NCBI RefSeq assembly: GCF_006345805.1
Contig: NC_043000.1
Location: forward strand, 126,604,001-126,668,000
Source: Octopus sinensis
Lineage: Eukaryota
Direction of reading: 5' to 3'
Length of the DNA stretch: 64,000 nt
Below the pieces are notes generated by a model, which worked only from the letters and a program-made list of their open reading frames with translations, was not told the DNA's origin and did not search any database. The translations under genes were made by a program, and so were the position numbers. Positions 52,414 through 64,000 of this stretch are shown piece after piece. Position 1 is the first letter of the stretch, and each line of letters begins with the position of its first letter.

Positions 52414-52864
52414 TTATTTTTGTTACCATAATTCCGTTGAGATGCTCTGTGTTTCTTTCAATTGATTTTAAATATAACAAAGACTTAGTTATCATTAAGC
52501 TAGTGTTAGGAACATAAATTGTGGCTAAGGTTTGGTGGAAGATTTTTATTCAAAACTTATGAAAACAAGACATTTGTACTACAGAGCCAGAAGTGGTTTC
52601 AGCTAGGTTGGTATCGAAAGGGTTAAATCAATCATTTGTTAACCCCTTTGTTACCATATTTCTGTTGAGATGCTCTGTGTTTCTTTGAATTAATTTTAAA
52701 TATAAGAAAGAATTTAGTAAAATAACTTAGTTATCATTAAGCTAGTGTTAGGAACATAAATTGTGGCTAAGGTTTGGTGGAAGATTTTAATTCAGAACTT
52801 TTGAAAACAATACATTTGTACTACAGAGCCAAAGGCGGTTTCAGCCAGGTTGGTATCAAAAGGT
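52414..52864 (-). mobile_element. Two tandem piggyBac-type MITEs (52414-52622, 52643-52864)
   Basis: Both match the reverse complement of 39000-39219 and are TTAA-flanked. Confidence 0.85.
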
Positions 52865-53511
52865 TTAACACCACCAACTGATCCTTGGCTGTCTTTAGCA
52901 GAATCCACTCTGTAACAAGTATTCATGCCAAAACTCTGGCCTGAAAATAGCTTCCTCCTTTTCTTTCACCAGTTGTTGGAAGATCTGTAAGGAAATAAGG
53001 ACATCATCTTCCTCTTCTGACAAATGCATAAAGCCTCACCTCTTTAAAAAAACCCACATTCTTTGCAATAACATTATTTCCCTTTGCAGGCATTTCTAAA
53101 TGTTGTACCTAGAGGTAAAATTTTTAGGCATGGCTATGTGGTTAAGAAGCTCGCTTTGCAATCATATAGTTTTGGGTTCAGTCCTACTGTGGGCTGCTTG
53201 GATAAGTGTCTTCCACTATAGCCACAGGTCAACCAATGCCTTTTGATTGAATGTGTTAGATGGAAACTGTGTAGAAGCTTGTCGTGTGTCATCATCATCA
53301 TCATCGTCGTTTAACGTCTGCTTTCCATGCTGGCATGGGTTGGACGGTTTGACTGAGGACTTGCAAGCCAGAATGCTGTACCAGGCTCTAAACTGACCGG
53401 GCAAATTTTCTACAGCTGGATGCCCTTCCTAACACCAACCACTCTAAGTGTACTGGGTGCTTTTTACATGCCACCAGCACAAGGGCCAGTCAGGCAGTAC
53501 TGGCATGTGTA

Positions 53512-53588
<77 letters not shown>

Positions 53589-54298
53589 GTGTGTGTGTGT
53601 GTGTGTTTGTTTCCCTCACTACTTGACAACTGGTGTTTGTTTGTTTACATCCCCATAACTTAGTAATTCAGCAAAAGGGTCAATAGAGTAAGTACCAAAC
53701 TTAAAAATGCAAATAAAAAAATGTACTGAGGTTGATTTGCTCAAGTAAATCACTTCAAGGCAGTATCCCAGCATGGCCCCAGTCCAAGTACAAGATAAAA
53801 GACACACACACACACACACCAAATTACAAAGGAACAATTGCAAGTAATAAACACCAAAACGCCACAGTTGACATTGACCAAGATAAATAATTGAAACCTT
53901 ATTAAGTCCAGAATATTATCAGTTCTCATTTTAATTATTCCAGAATGACATAAAATAAATAAATAAATAAATAAATAAAATAATAAAATGTAACCCTTAC
54001 AAAATATCACTTTGGAGCAAACAGCAAAGTACGAGGCATTGGATATTGCAAGGCATCCGTCCAATCTAATTAGCAGGAACTGGTGTGCATTTTTTGTTTT
54101 TGTTTTTAGTGAACATGTGAGAATACATTTTTTTTTTAACATCAGCCGGCAGTTTCAGTAGTCTGAAGCTTTTAGCTTTTGGAACTGACAAATGGAAAGA
54201 GTGGCTGTCAGAGTAAGGAAGGAAACTACAAGTAGATAGATAAGTGAGAGAGAGAGAGGGAGAGAAAGTTGTGTTTACTGAAATAACTTTGATTTTAC

Positions 54299-54304
<6 letters not shown>

Positions 54305-54338
<34 letters not shown>

Positions 54339-54498
54339 CACGTATATATACATACATGTATATACATACATGTATATACATACATGTATATATACATACA
54401 TGTATATATACATACATGTATATATACATACATATATATATATACACATATATATATATGAATGTATGTATGCATATATATACATATACACATATATA

Positions 54499-54531
<33 letters not shown>

Positions 54532-54770
54532 TGAATGTATGCATATATATATACATATACACATATATAATATATACATACATATATATATATATATGTA
54601 CGTATATATACACACATTCATATGCATATATACATACATACATGCAAATACATACACACATACTCTTTACTCATACACATACATACACACTCCTTATAAA
54701 CATATCACATACATGCATACAAAACATACATACATACATTAATGCACATATAACCAAAACATACATTAGT
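54305..54770. repeat. (TA)n/(TACA)n microsatellite with ACATGTATATACAT units
   Basis: Direct reading. Confidence 0.9.
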
Positions 54771-56059
54771 TAATGCACTTTAAAGCACCAGAATATGTAA
54801 GATCATTCAGCAATGATAGAATATTGTATATAAAACACAAGATTTCATCTTAAAACAAACCAAATTACAGGCAACCATTGCTTGTGCGATCTGTTGGTTG
54901 TGGTCTTTAGGTCCTGATCCTAAAATTGCAGGTTCAAATCCTGGACCAAGTGATAAAACTAGAATATCAGTCAGATACTGGGGCTGGTTTAAGCAATTAA
55001 ACCTTTCCTCTAAAACTACTTGCCTGGTGTCTACATCAGAAATGAGGTGATGATCTAGCAGAAGCATTAGGCCAATGGAAAAGATGCCTTGCAGCATTTA
55101 TTCCAGCATTTTACATTTTAAGTTTGAAGGGTTTTAGTCAATATTCACTGACCCCAAAACTTGACTGATGCTTCATTTTACTGACCCTTCAGGAATGAAA
55201 GGTAAAGTTGACCATAGCAAGATTTTGAGCAGAAGAGCAAGAACATTAATAATAATAATGGTTTCAAATTTTGCCACAAGGGCAGCAATTTTGTGGGAGA
55301 GGACAAGTCGATTACATCGAGCCCAGTATTCAACTGGAACTTAATTTATCAACCCTGAAAGGATGAAAGGCAAACTTGACCTCAGCTCCCTCCCCCAAAA
55401 TTTTGGGCCTTATGCCTAGAAATGAATAATAATAATAATGATGATGATGATTATGATTATGATCGCCAATTTTTGGCACAAGGCCAGCAATTTTGGGGGC
55501 GGGGATACTTATTTTATCAACCCTAACAATTCTTTCTACTATATGCACAAAACACAGTACACAACAGGTACTTATTTTTTTTGACCCTGAAAGGATGAAG
55601 TGAGCGAATGATTCTGCAAGCTCAACACCTTAATAATAATTAGCTGAGATAGCAGAATCATTAACATACTGGTCAAAAATGCTTAGCAGTATTTCAACCA
55701 CCTTGACATTCTAAGTTCAAATTCTGCTTTGCCTTTCATCCTTTCAGGGTTGATGAAATAATTATCAATTCAACACTGGGGTCGATGTGACTGACTTACC
55801 CCCATCTCTGCAAATTTCATGCCTTTCATCATTATTATTATTATATAAGGTGGCAAGCTCAGAATGGTTAGCAAGCCAGGCTAAGTGCTTAGTAGCATTT
55901 TGTCTGTCCTTACAGTCTGAGTTCAAATTCTGCCATGGTTGACCTTTCATCCTTCTGAGGTCAATGGATAAATACCAGTTATGCACAGGGGCTGATGTAA
56001 TCAACTAGCCTCTTCCCTCAAAATTTCAGGTGTTAGAAAGAATTATTATAATAAATTAT

Positions 56060-56560
56060 TAGGCCAAAAGGAATGATAACAGAAACTTTCCTCTTTGGCA
56101 AAGCCCTCATTAACTTTTTCAAGTTTCACTTGAAAAGGAAAGTGAGGATAGAGAGGGAGGTGCTGTCCTCGAGTGAATTTATGAAAAGGTGGGTGAAAGA
56201 TGCAAAAATGGCAAGAGTGGATGGTACCACTCTCAGTGTAAACCTGTGAGTCGGAAGAAGGAAATTGGAGTGGACTCTCGTCCTTGGTACTCAGAGTGGT
56301 CTTGGATGGTGGGGCTCCTTGATTGTCCCTAGATGTCATCCTGAACCAGAGGGATCCCATCATGATCCCCTTTTTTCTCCCCTCTTTTTCTAGTGTCATA
56401 TACTGAGTATACTTCCCTTCTTCTAATATATACAAAGTATACTTCTTATTTTATTATTCCGTTATATGTAAACCCCAACACTTTATGTCTGTCTTTGTAT
56501 TGTCCCCTCTGTCTTTGTATTGTCCCCTCATCCTTTGCCCTGGTGACAAATAAAAGAAAT
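56060..56560 (+). mobile_element. Tx1/L1-clade LINE 3' end (ORF2 C-terminus plus 3'UTR)
   Basis: Open frame RPKGMITETFLFGKALINFFKFHLKRKVRIEREVLSSSEFMKRWVKDAKMARVDGTTLSVNL*; pyrimidine-rich UTR ending AATAAAAGAAAT before (CAT)n; related UTR at 43820-43934. Confidence 0.6.
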
Positions 56561-56891
56561 CATCATCATCATCATTATTATTATTATTATTTGCTAAGAA
56601 CTGGGCCAAAATCCAAGGAATTGTTGTCATGTACTGGAATAATAAAAAAAAATTTAATTTTGCATTCTTTTATTAAATAAAAAAAAATGTCAAAGTATTT
56701 GAAAATTGGAATGTTTTAGAGAATAAAAGTTTTTTAATGCCCACTACATAAAATGTGTTAACATTACCTTAATTATTGTTGTTTCATACAGCTGTCAGCT
56801 CAAGGTAATTTATTCTTTAAACAATTTTATTTCTCTGTACTGACAGGTGTATAGTCTAATACTTGTACTTACTGATTCTCTCATCTGATGC

Positions 56892-57220
56892 TGAGACCCC
56901 CTTCGATCATGACTGACCATGGGATTGCACCTAGAAAGTTACCCTCCCAGGCACAAGTCCGAGCAAGGTTGTTTATGGAAGACCAGCAGTCGCCCACGCA
57001 CACCGGCCTCCCATTTCTATGCCACCAGTGTTATCCAAAGGAAAGGCAAAGGCCGATACAGCTTGGCGCCTGTGACATCGTAACTCATTTCTACAGCTGA
57101 GTGAACTGGAGCAAAGTGAAATAAAGTGTCTTGCTCAAGAACACAACATGCAGCCCAGTCTGGGATTCGAACTCATAATCGTAAGATCGACATTCTAACC
57201 ACTGAGCCATGCACCTTCAC
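56892..57220 (-). mobile_element. tRNA-derived SINE family E (CORE-like central domain)
   Basis: Minus head GAAGGTGCATGGCTCAGTGGTTAG..GAGTTCGAATCCC, then GTGTTCTTGAGCAAGACACTTTATTTCAC; copies at 20000-20318 and 63771-64000. Confidence 0.85.
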
Positions 57221-58571
57221 TACCTCTCATCACCACCGTGTTAAGTAGCAATTAAGTTTGATGAGGTGATAAGAAGACAGAAACATGACAGGAGCTGTCT
57301 CCCATATTTGTCAAAAATGAAAAAAAATTTAATTATTCATTAATATTACTTTTTCATTACCACATAACTATTTCTATTTGACTTCAATTAAACATGTTAA
57401 TGTGAACTGAATTATTCAAAAATTAGTTTTAAATTAAATACTTTAACATGAACATATGAATTAGATATGTCATCATGAACTTTTACTGATGTTCATGCTG
57501 TTGTGGCAGCACACCTGTTTCCATCTTCATTCCTGATCTCTCCCTCTCTCTCTCTCACTGAGTAAGCTTGTACCTCTTCTACAGCAAGACACCTGTTTCT
57601 GTCTCTGCCTCACTATAACCTTTTATCAAGATCACCCCCACCCAAGCTTTTTTGTCTTCCAAGTACTTGGTGATCCTGTCAGTGTATGTGCCACTTAAAA
57701 GCACCCAGTCTGAACTGTAAAATGGCTGACATTTGGAAGGGCATCCAGCTGTAAAAACCTTGCCAAAACTTACCTCGCCTGTACTTCATCATCATCATTA
57801 TCAATTTTTAACGTCCGCTTTCCATACTAGCATGGGTTGGACGATTTTGACTGAGGGCTGGCGAACCAGATGGCTGCACCAGGCTCCAATCTTGATCTGG
57901 CAGAGTTTCTACAGCTGGATGTCCTTCCTAATGCCAACCTCTCTGAGAGTGTAGTGGGTGCTTTTTACATGCCACCAGCATGGGAGCCAGTCAGGCGGTA
58001 CTGGCAACAGCCTCACTCAAATCTTTTTACACATGTCACTGGCACAGGTGCCAGTAAGGCAATGCTGGTAACGATCACACTCGAATGGTGCCTTTTACGT
58101 GCTACAAGCACGGAAGCCAGTTAGCCTCTCTGGCAACGATCACGCTCGGATGGTACTCTTAGCACCCTACTAGTACGGGCACAAGTGCACCACATAAATA
58201 GCACTAAGTCTACTCTGCTGAGTGGTTGGTGTTAAGAAGGGTTTCCAGCTGTAAAAATCCTGCCAAAACAGTTACAAAAGTCTGGTGCAGGCTTCTGCCT
58301 GGTCGTCTCATGTCAGACCATCCCGACCATGCCAGCATGCAAGGCAGATGTTAAACGATGATGATGATAATAACAATCAATTATTGTTTCTAATTTGGCT
58401 TCAATGCTAGCAATTGTAGTGTGGGTGAGGGTTAACCGATTACATCAAACCAATACTTAACAGATTATATCAAACTAGGAAGAATGAAAGGTAAATATGA
58501 TCTAGGTAGGATTTGTACTTGAATTATGTACCATGTATACTGGCATATAAGATATGCTTTTTCATTCTTAA

Positions 58572-58791
58572 CCCTTCATTACTGTATTTATTTTGAGATG
58601 CTCTGTATTTCTTTCAATTACTTTAAATATAATAAAGAATTTAGTAAAATAACTTAGTTATCATTCAGCTAGTGTTTGGGAACATAAATTGTGACTAAGG
58701 TTTGGTGGAAGATTTTAATTCAAAACTTACGAAAACAAGACATTTGTACTCGGAGCCAGAGCCGGTTTCAGCCGGGCTGGTAACGAAAGGG
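58572..58791 (-). mobile_element. piggyBac-type MITE
   Basis: TTAA|CCCTT...GGTAACGAAAGGG|TTAA; same family as 39000-39219. Confidence 0.9.
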
Positions 58792-59199
58792 TTAAACATA
58801 ACAAAAAATTGCCATGCAATTGTATTACAGATAGGATACTGAGTATATTACTGCCTGATGAAACCTATTGACCCTTTAGTATTTAAACCAGCCATATCCA
58901 TCCAAAATATTCTACCTGCTTTATGTCCAGACTAGTCAAACCTGTCTCCTCACACTTGCCTTGCAATGTCATTATAAAAATAAACTAACACATCATCAGA
59001 ATCTGGAAGCTACAAGATAATTCATGATTAATTCCAAAACAAAGTGAATAAATAAGTATTAGATTCAACAGAATAATCCGAATGCTAAAGGATTAAATTT
59101 GTTTTTTTCCACAAAATATACTTGTAAAGTTGCATCTTATGGGAGAAAGTGTTATATAAGCTGGCAAATACTATATGTTAAACATGAACTTAACAATTA

Positions 59200-59588
59200 G
59201 GCGTAGGAGTGGCTGTGTGGTAAGAAGCTTGCTTGGGCACGTGTCTTCTACTAAAGCCTCGGGCCGACCAGAGCCTTGTGAGTGGATTTGGTAGACGGAA
59301 ACTGGAAGAAGCCCATCGTATATATATATATATATATGTACATACAAACATACATGTGTGTGTATGTGTGAATATATGTTTGTGTGTCTGTGTTGGTCCC
59401 CCCCAACATCGCTTGACAACCGATGCTGGTGTGTTTACGTTCCCATAACTTAGCGGTTTGGCAAAAGAGATCGATAGAATAAGTACTAGGGTTACAAAGA
59501 ATAAGTCCTGGGGTCGATTTGCTCGACTACAGGCGGTGCTCCAGCATGGCCACAGTCACATGACTGAAACGAGTAAAAGAGTAAAGAG
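59200..59588 (+). mobile_element. SINE family A ending ~20 bp from the TMTC4 splice donor
   Basis: Near full-length copy; AATTAG on both flanks. Confidence 0.9.
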
Positions 59589-59608
59589 TAATTAGAAAAT
59601 TGCTTTAC

Positions 59609-59940
59609 CTGAATGTGAGAACTGCAAATGGACGGTATGATTTGTGGCTGGAGTCGGAATTGAGTTTGTTGCCCCAAAAATCATGAAAAAATAAATTTCC
59701 AATAGGTTCACTTGGTGTGAGATCGTTATTGTTCAAGATGGCTTCAAAGTCATCAAAAACAAAATGGCCTGAAACGCTGTTAAGGAAACAGGCTGTGGCC
59801 AAAATGAAGACAATGGTAGCTGCTGGAATGAATGAAAGCCTTGGTATGGGTAAGCATTCATCCCAGGTGAAAACAGATTTTGGTTCATGGTGAGAATTAG
59901 AATTTGTGTGTGAATTTACTCCATTTTTGTAAGATTTCAT
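59609..59940 (-). CDS. TMTC4: TMTC4-like protein O-mannosyltransferase, first recognisable coding exon (exon 59609-59968, ATG at 59940)
   Basis: Translates MKSYKNG...WDECLPIPRLSFIPAATIVFILATACFLNSVSGHFVFDDFEAILNNNDLTPSEPIGNLFFHDFWGNKLNSDSSHKSYRPFAVLTF(R). FVFDD, HDFWG and SHKSYRP are TMTC hallmarks. Acceptor TTTGTTTTTCAG at 59969-59980; donor AG|GTAAAG (phase 2). Confidence 0.93.
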
Positions 59941-60169
59941 GATGACACCAAAGGAAACATGATAGAATCTGAAAAACAAAGAAGTAAATAAATTGATAAA
60001 TAAATATATAAATGGGTGGAGACATGGCTGGATGGTGAAGAAGCTTGCTTTGCACTGCATAGCACCTTGGGCAAGTTCCTCAGGCCAACCAATGCCTTTG
60101 AGTAAATTTGGTAGATGAAAACTGTTGTGTATGTATGTGTATCATCATCATCATTTAACATTCATTATC

Positions 60170-60488
60170 CATTTTGTTTTTTTTTTTCTGTTTGTTCCTT
60201 CTCAAGCCATGCCTGGCTCATAAGAGCTGGTTTCCTGGTTTCTTGGCATATAGGTTCCCCACCTGGACAGGACGCCAGTCTGTCTCAGGTGAGCTGCAAG
60301 ATGCAGGAGGAAAGAGTGAGAGAAAGTTGTGGTGAAAGAGTCAGCAGAAGTTCGCCATTACCTTCTGCCGGAGATGCGTGGAGGTTAGGTGTTTCGCTCA
60401 TAAACACACACATCGCCCAGTCTGAGATTTGAACCCATGATCCCTCGACCGCGAGTCCGCTGCTCTAACCACTAGGCCATGTGACACC
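60170..60488 (-). mobile_element. SINE family D nested in a family-A SINE
   Basis: Reverse complement of 6586-6884; TSD ACATTCATTATC at 60158-60169 and 60489-60500. Confidence 0.88.
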
Positions 60489-61403
60489 ACATTCATTATC
60501 TGTGTGTGTGTTTTTGGACCCTGCCCTCCATACTACCAGTTGAAAACCAGTGTTGGTTTATTTATGTCCCCATAATATAACAGTCCAGCAAAGCTGACTG
60601 ACAGAATAAGCACCGGACTTACAAAAGAAAAAGAAATACTAGGGGCAATTTATTCAGCAAAAACCCTTCAAGGCAAGTACCCCAGCATAGTCACAGTACA
60701 ATGACTGAAACAAATAAACAAAGGTGAAAGAAGATAAATAAATAAATCAGAATAAATTAGTAAAGACAGCAGATCAGAAGTGAAAGCAATTAAGATGAAA
60801 GTCAAACTTATAATCGCAAAGTTAAATACAAAGATGAAAAAACAACAAACACATACAGTAACCAAAACTTCTAAAAAACCTCACCACATTCTCAATTCTA
60901 TGACATTAGTTGTATTTCAATTAATTTTAAAAACCAATTAAATACCAATTAACTAGTAGTATCCTTTATCTCTTTTTTTAAAATTTTATGTTTCAAATTA
61001 ATAACCAATTTGAAAATTGAATGAATTTACATTAGTTGATATTGAAATGACTCAATGTGAAATAGAATATTTAATTAGTACTTCTTCTCACACAACACAC
61101 ACACACACACAAAACGTGCTGAATTAATTCTTCATATAGTATTTTAGTTCACATTAATTATTGTATAAAAAATATATAAACGATAATGAATAGCAACTGT
61201 AAAAGGAAGAAATTACTTGAAAATGAATATGGTGATTTTAATTAAAAGTATTGACATGTGCATTAATATTTGTGAATCAGAATTGTAACCTAATTTCAAA
61301 TAGACTCTAGAATGTCAGCTGTTTCTGAGGCTGCCCATACAGGAAGACAATAACTGCAATTGTTTCTCGTGCAGTTATCATTACTGGGTAATTTATTCTT
61401 TAA

Positions 61404-61609
61404 CCCTTTCGTTACTAACCCGGCTGAAACCGGCTCTGGCTCTTGTTTTCATAAGTTTTGTATTAAAATCTTTCACCAAACCTTAGTCACAATTAATGTT
61501 CCTAACATTAGCTTAATGATAACTAAGTTATTTTACTAAATTCTTTTTTATATCTAAAATAATTGAGAGAAACGCAGAGCATCTCAAAATAAATACAGTA
61601 ACGAAAGGG
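61404..61609 (+). mobile_element. piggyBac-type MITE
   Basis: TTAA|CCCTTTCGTTAC...GTAACGAAAGGG|TTAA. Confidence 0.9.
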
Positions 61610-61873
61610 TTAAACAATTTTATTATTCTGTATAGGCACAGCCACAGTTGTGTGGAAAATGTTTATTTCTCAACAACATGGTTTACAGTTCTGGCCCATT
61701 GCATGGCTTCTTGGGCAAGTGTCTTCTACTGAGCCAATCAAAGCTTTATGAGTTTATGCGGTAAACAGAAACTAAAAGAAACCTGTTGTATGTGTGTGTG
61801 TGCACAGGTGTGTGAGTATATACACTCAAGGACACACACATACATACACATATATGCATATGCGCACACACAC

Positions 61874-61910
<37 letters not shown>

Positions 61911-61961
61911 TACATCTATGTGCGTTATATATATATACACACACACACACATATATTTATA

Positions 61962-62006
<45 letters not shown>

Positions 62007-63704
62007 TTGTGTGTCCTTGTTTTGACATCATGTGATAGCTGTAAATGAGTATCACTGCTATACAAGCAATGTTGTCCATTTCCAATATTCTGCAGAAACA
62101 TGTTTTGGCATGGGGAAATATTTCCTTGCTTGGAAACAGGTGAGGAATGGCAACAGGAAGGGCGTCCAGTCATAGATTTATCTCAATAAATTCCATCCGA
62201 CCTATGCAAGCATGGAAAAGGGGTTTCTTTAGCTTCCATTACATGGAGGAAACCTCTCTAAAGCTGGTGTCATGATAGAATGCATGACATATACAACAAA
62301 ATAGCTCAGTTTTTCTCTGTTAGATGGAAAAAAAAAAAATGAACACAGCAGGACACGTGTTGTTGTCTCCTGGTCTCACTATAACATTTCATCATCTGAC
62401 ACAAGATCAAGAAGGAAATGATCATTTGTCACCTGAGAAATGCATGAACATACAATTAGAGCTATTCATATATATCACCACTGGTGCTCAATAGCAGTGA
62501 TGGGTTACAGATATCCAATGGGCTAATTATGAGTTCATTACATTTCTGGTGATAAATGTTACAAGGGAGTATGTGTAATTGGATGCAGAATAACACAAGG
62601 ATGTTATTTGTGAAGCAATTGTTTTTCAGTTTTTTCCTCCCTGATGTCTCCTGCTTATCTACCACTGAAAAACACACATACACACATGGTGTGCTTAAGA
62701 CATTTGCTTTTTAATCACAAAGTTTTGGGCTTAGTCCCAGAGCATGACACTTTGGGTGTCTTCTATCAAAGCCTTGTGTGCAGAGTTGATAAATGGAAAC
62801 TGAAAGAAACCGGTCATATATATAATCATCATCGTTTAACATCCATTTTCCATGTTAGCATGGGTTGGACGGTTCAACTGGGTTAATAATTTGAAACATA
62901 ATTTTTTTTTAAATACACACACACACATGTATACCATGCTTCTGTACAGTTTTTATTTGCTAAATTCCACTTGCAGGTGTTACCCTACTTGAGGCTATGA
63001 AAGAAGCCATATGTTAGGTACCATGCAATGGAATTAAACCCAGTAGCATGTGTTTGTGAAGGAAACCTCTTAACCACATAGCCATTCATGCAACCCATTT
63101 ATTTTCCTTCTCATGTATTCCTCATTTTACTCCTCTGAAGACTCTATTTCAAGTGTGACTAGTTATGTAACACATGAAATATGAGAGTAAATACTAATCA
63201 CAGGGAAATAGTTTAATTAGGAATAAATAATTAATTAAGGTATTTCCCTCCACAACACATGAGACATGATGAATTCAACTAATTAAATAAGAATTGAATA
63301 ATGGCATGTTCAAACCAGCTTGTTTGGTTGTTGGTTAGTACCATCTCAGTTCTGATAGAGTAGATTTATGATCAGAGGTGTTTAAATAATGACTATCCAG
63401 TCTTTCTGCGAATCAAAGGCGACAAAGTCTAATGTGTCCTTCTGTTTGGCCCTTTAGCATTTAGATTGCTCTGCCAAATATAATGCTTATTTATTTACAT
63501 GGTTTTCAATTACTCATGAATTATCTCATAGCTTTGAGATTTCAATGAGGTTATTGTTTATATTTAGAATGACATTGTTGGATATGTGTGAGAGTATGTC
63601 TGTGCGTAAATGGGAAATTTGAACTTTTTCAAATAGTTTAACAGACTGTTTGCAGCAATGTTTAGCCCATCCCCCAGCACAAATTGTGTGTTTCTCTCTT
63701 TCTT

Positions 63705-63770
<66 letters not shown>

Positions 63771-64000
63771 AGAGACCCCCTTCGGTCACGAATGACCATG
63801 GGATTGCACCTAGAAAGTTAACCTCCAAGGCACAAGTCAGGGCTAGGTTGTTTATGGAAGGCCAGCAGTTGTCCATGCATACCAGCCTCCTCCTCTCCAC
63901 GCCACCGATGTCATCCAAGAGAAAGGCAAAGGTTGGTACAGCTTGGCACCAGTGACTTCACAACTCATTTCTACAGCTGAGTGAACTGGAGCAATGTGAA

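Noticed and set aside
59969-60060. N-terminal part of the 151-aa ORF (MQCKASFF...)
   Set aside because: Lies upstream of the splice acceptor, in intron/SINE sequence.

Overview
Eukaryotic, AT-rich, repeat-saturated genomic DNA. The SINE/LINE repertoire and TA/CA microsatellite load suggest an octopod cephalopod; this is an inference. The only host gene I can support is a minus-strand TMTC4-like O-mannosyltransferase. Three coding exons (59609-59940, 12406-12616, 1193-1280) splice in frame across introns of ~47 kb and ~11 kb, and the gene runs off the left edge. Almost all listed ORFs are microsatellite or SINE artefacts. The introns contain several tRNA-derived SINE families, RTE and Tx1-like LINE 3' ends, a decayed DD37D (maT) Tc1/mariner transposon, piggyBac-, hAT- and Tc/mariner-type MITEs and a probable solo LTR. 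The most notable signal is a set of sequence-distinct minimal type-I hammerhead-ribozyme motifs, several in inverted or fold-back arrangements, as expected for Penelope-like/retrozyme elements. One element joins a tRNA-like Pol III head to a hammerhead (39740-40050). Several perfect or near-perfect palindromes are also present. All calls were read by eye; repeat boundaries are approximate.
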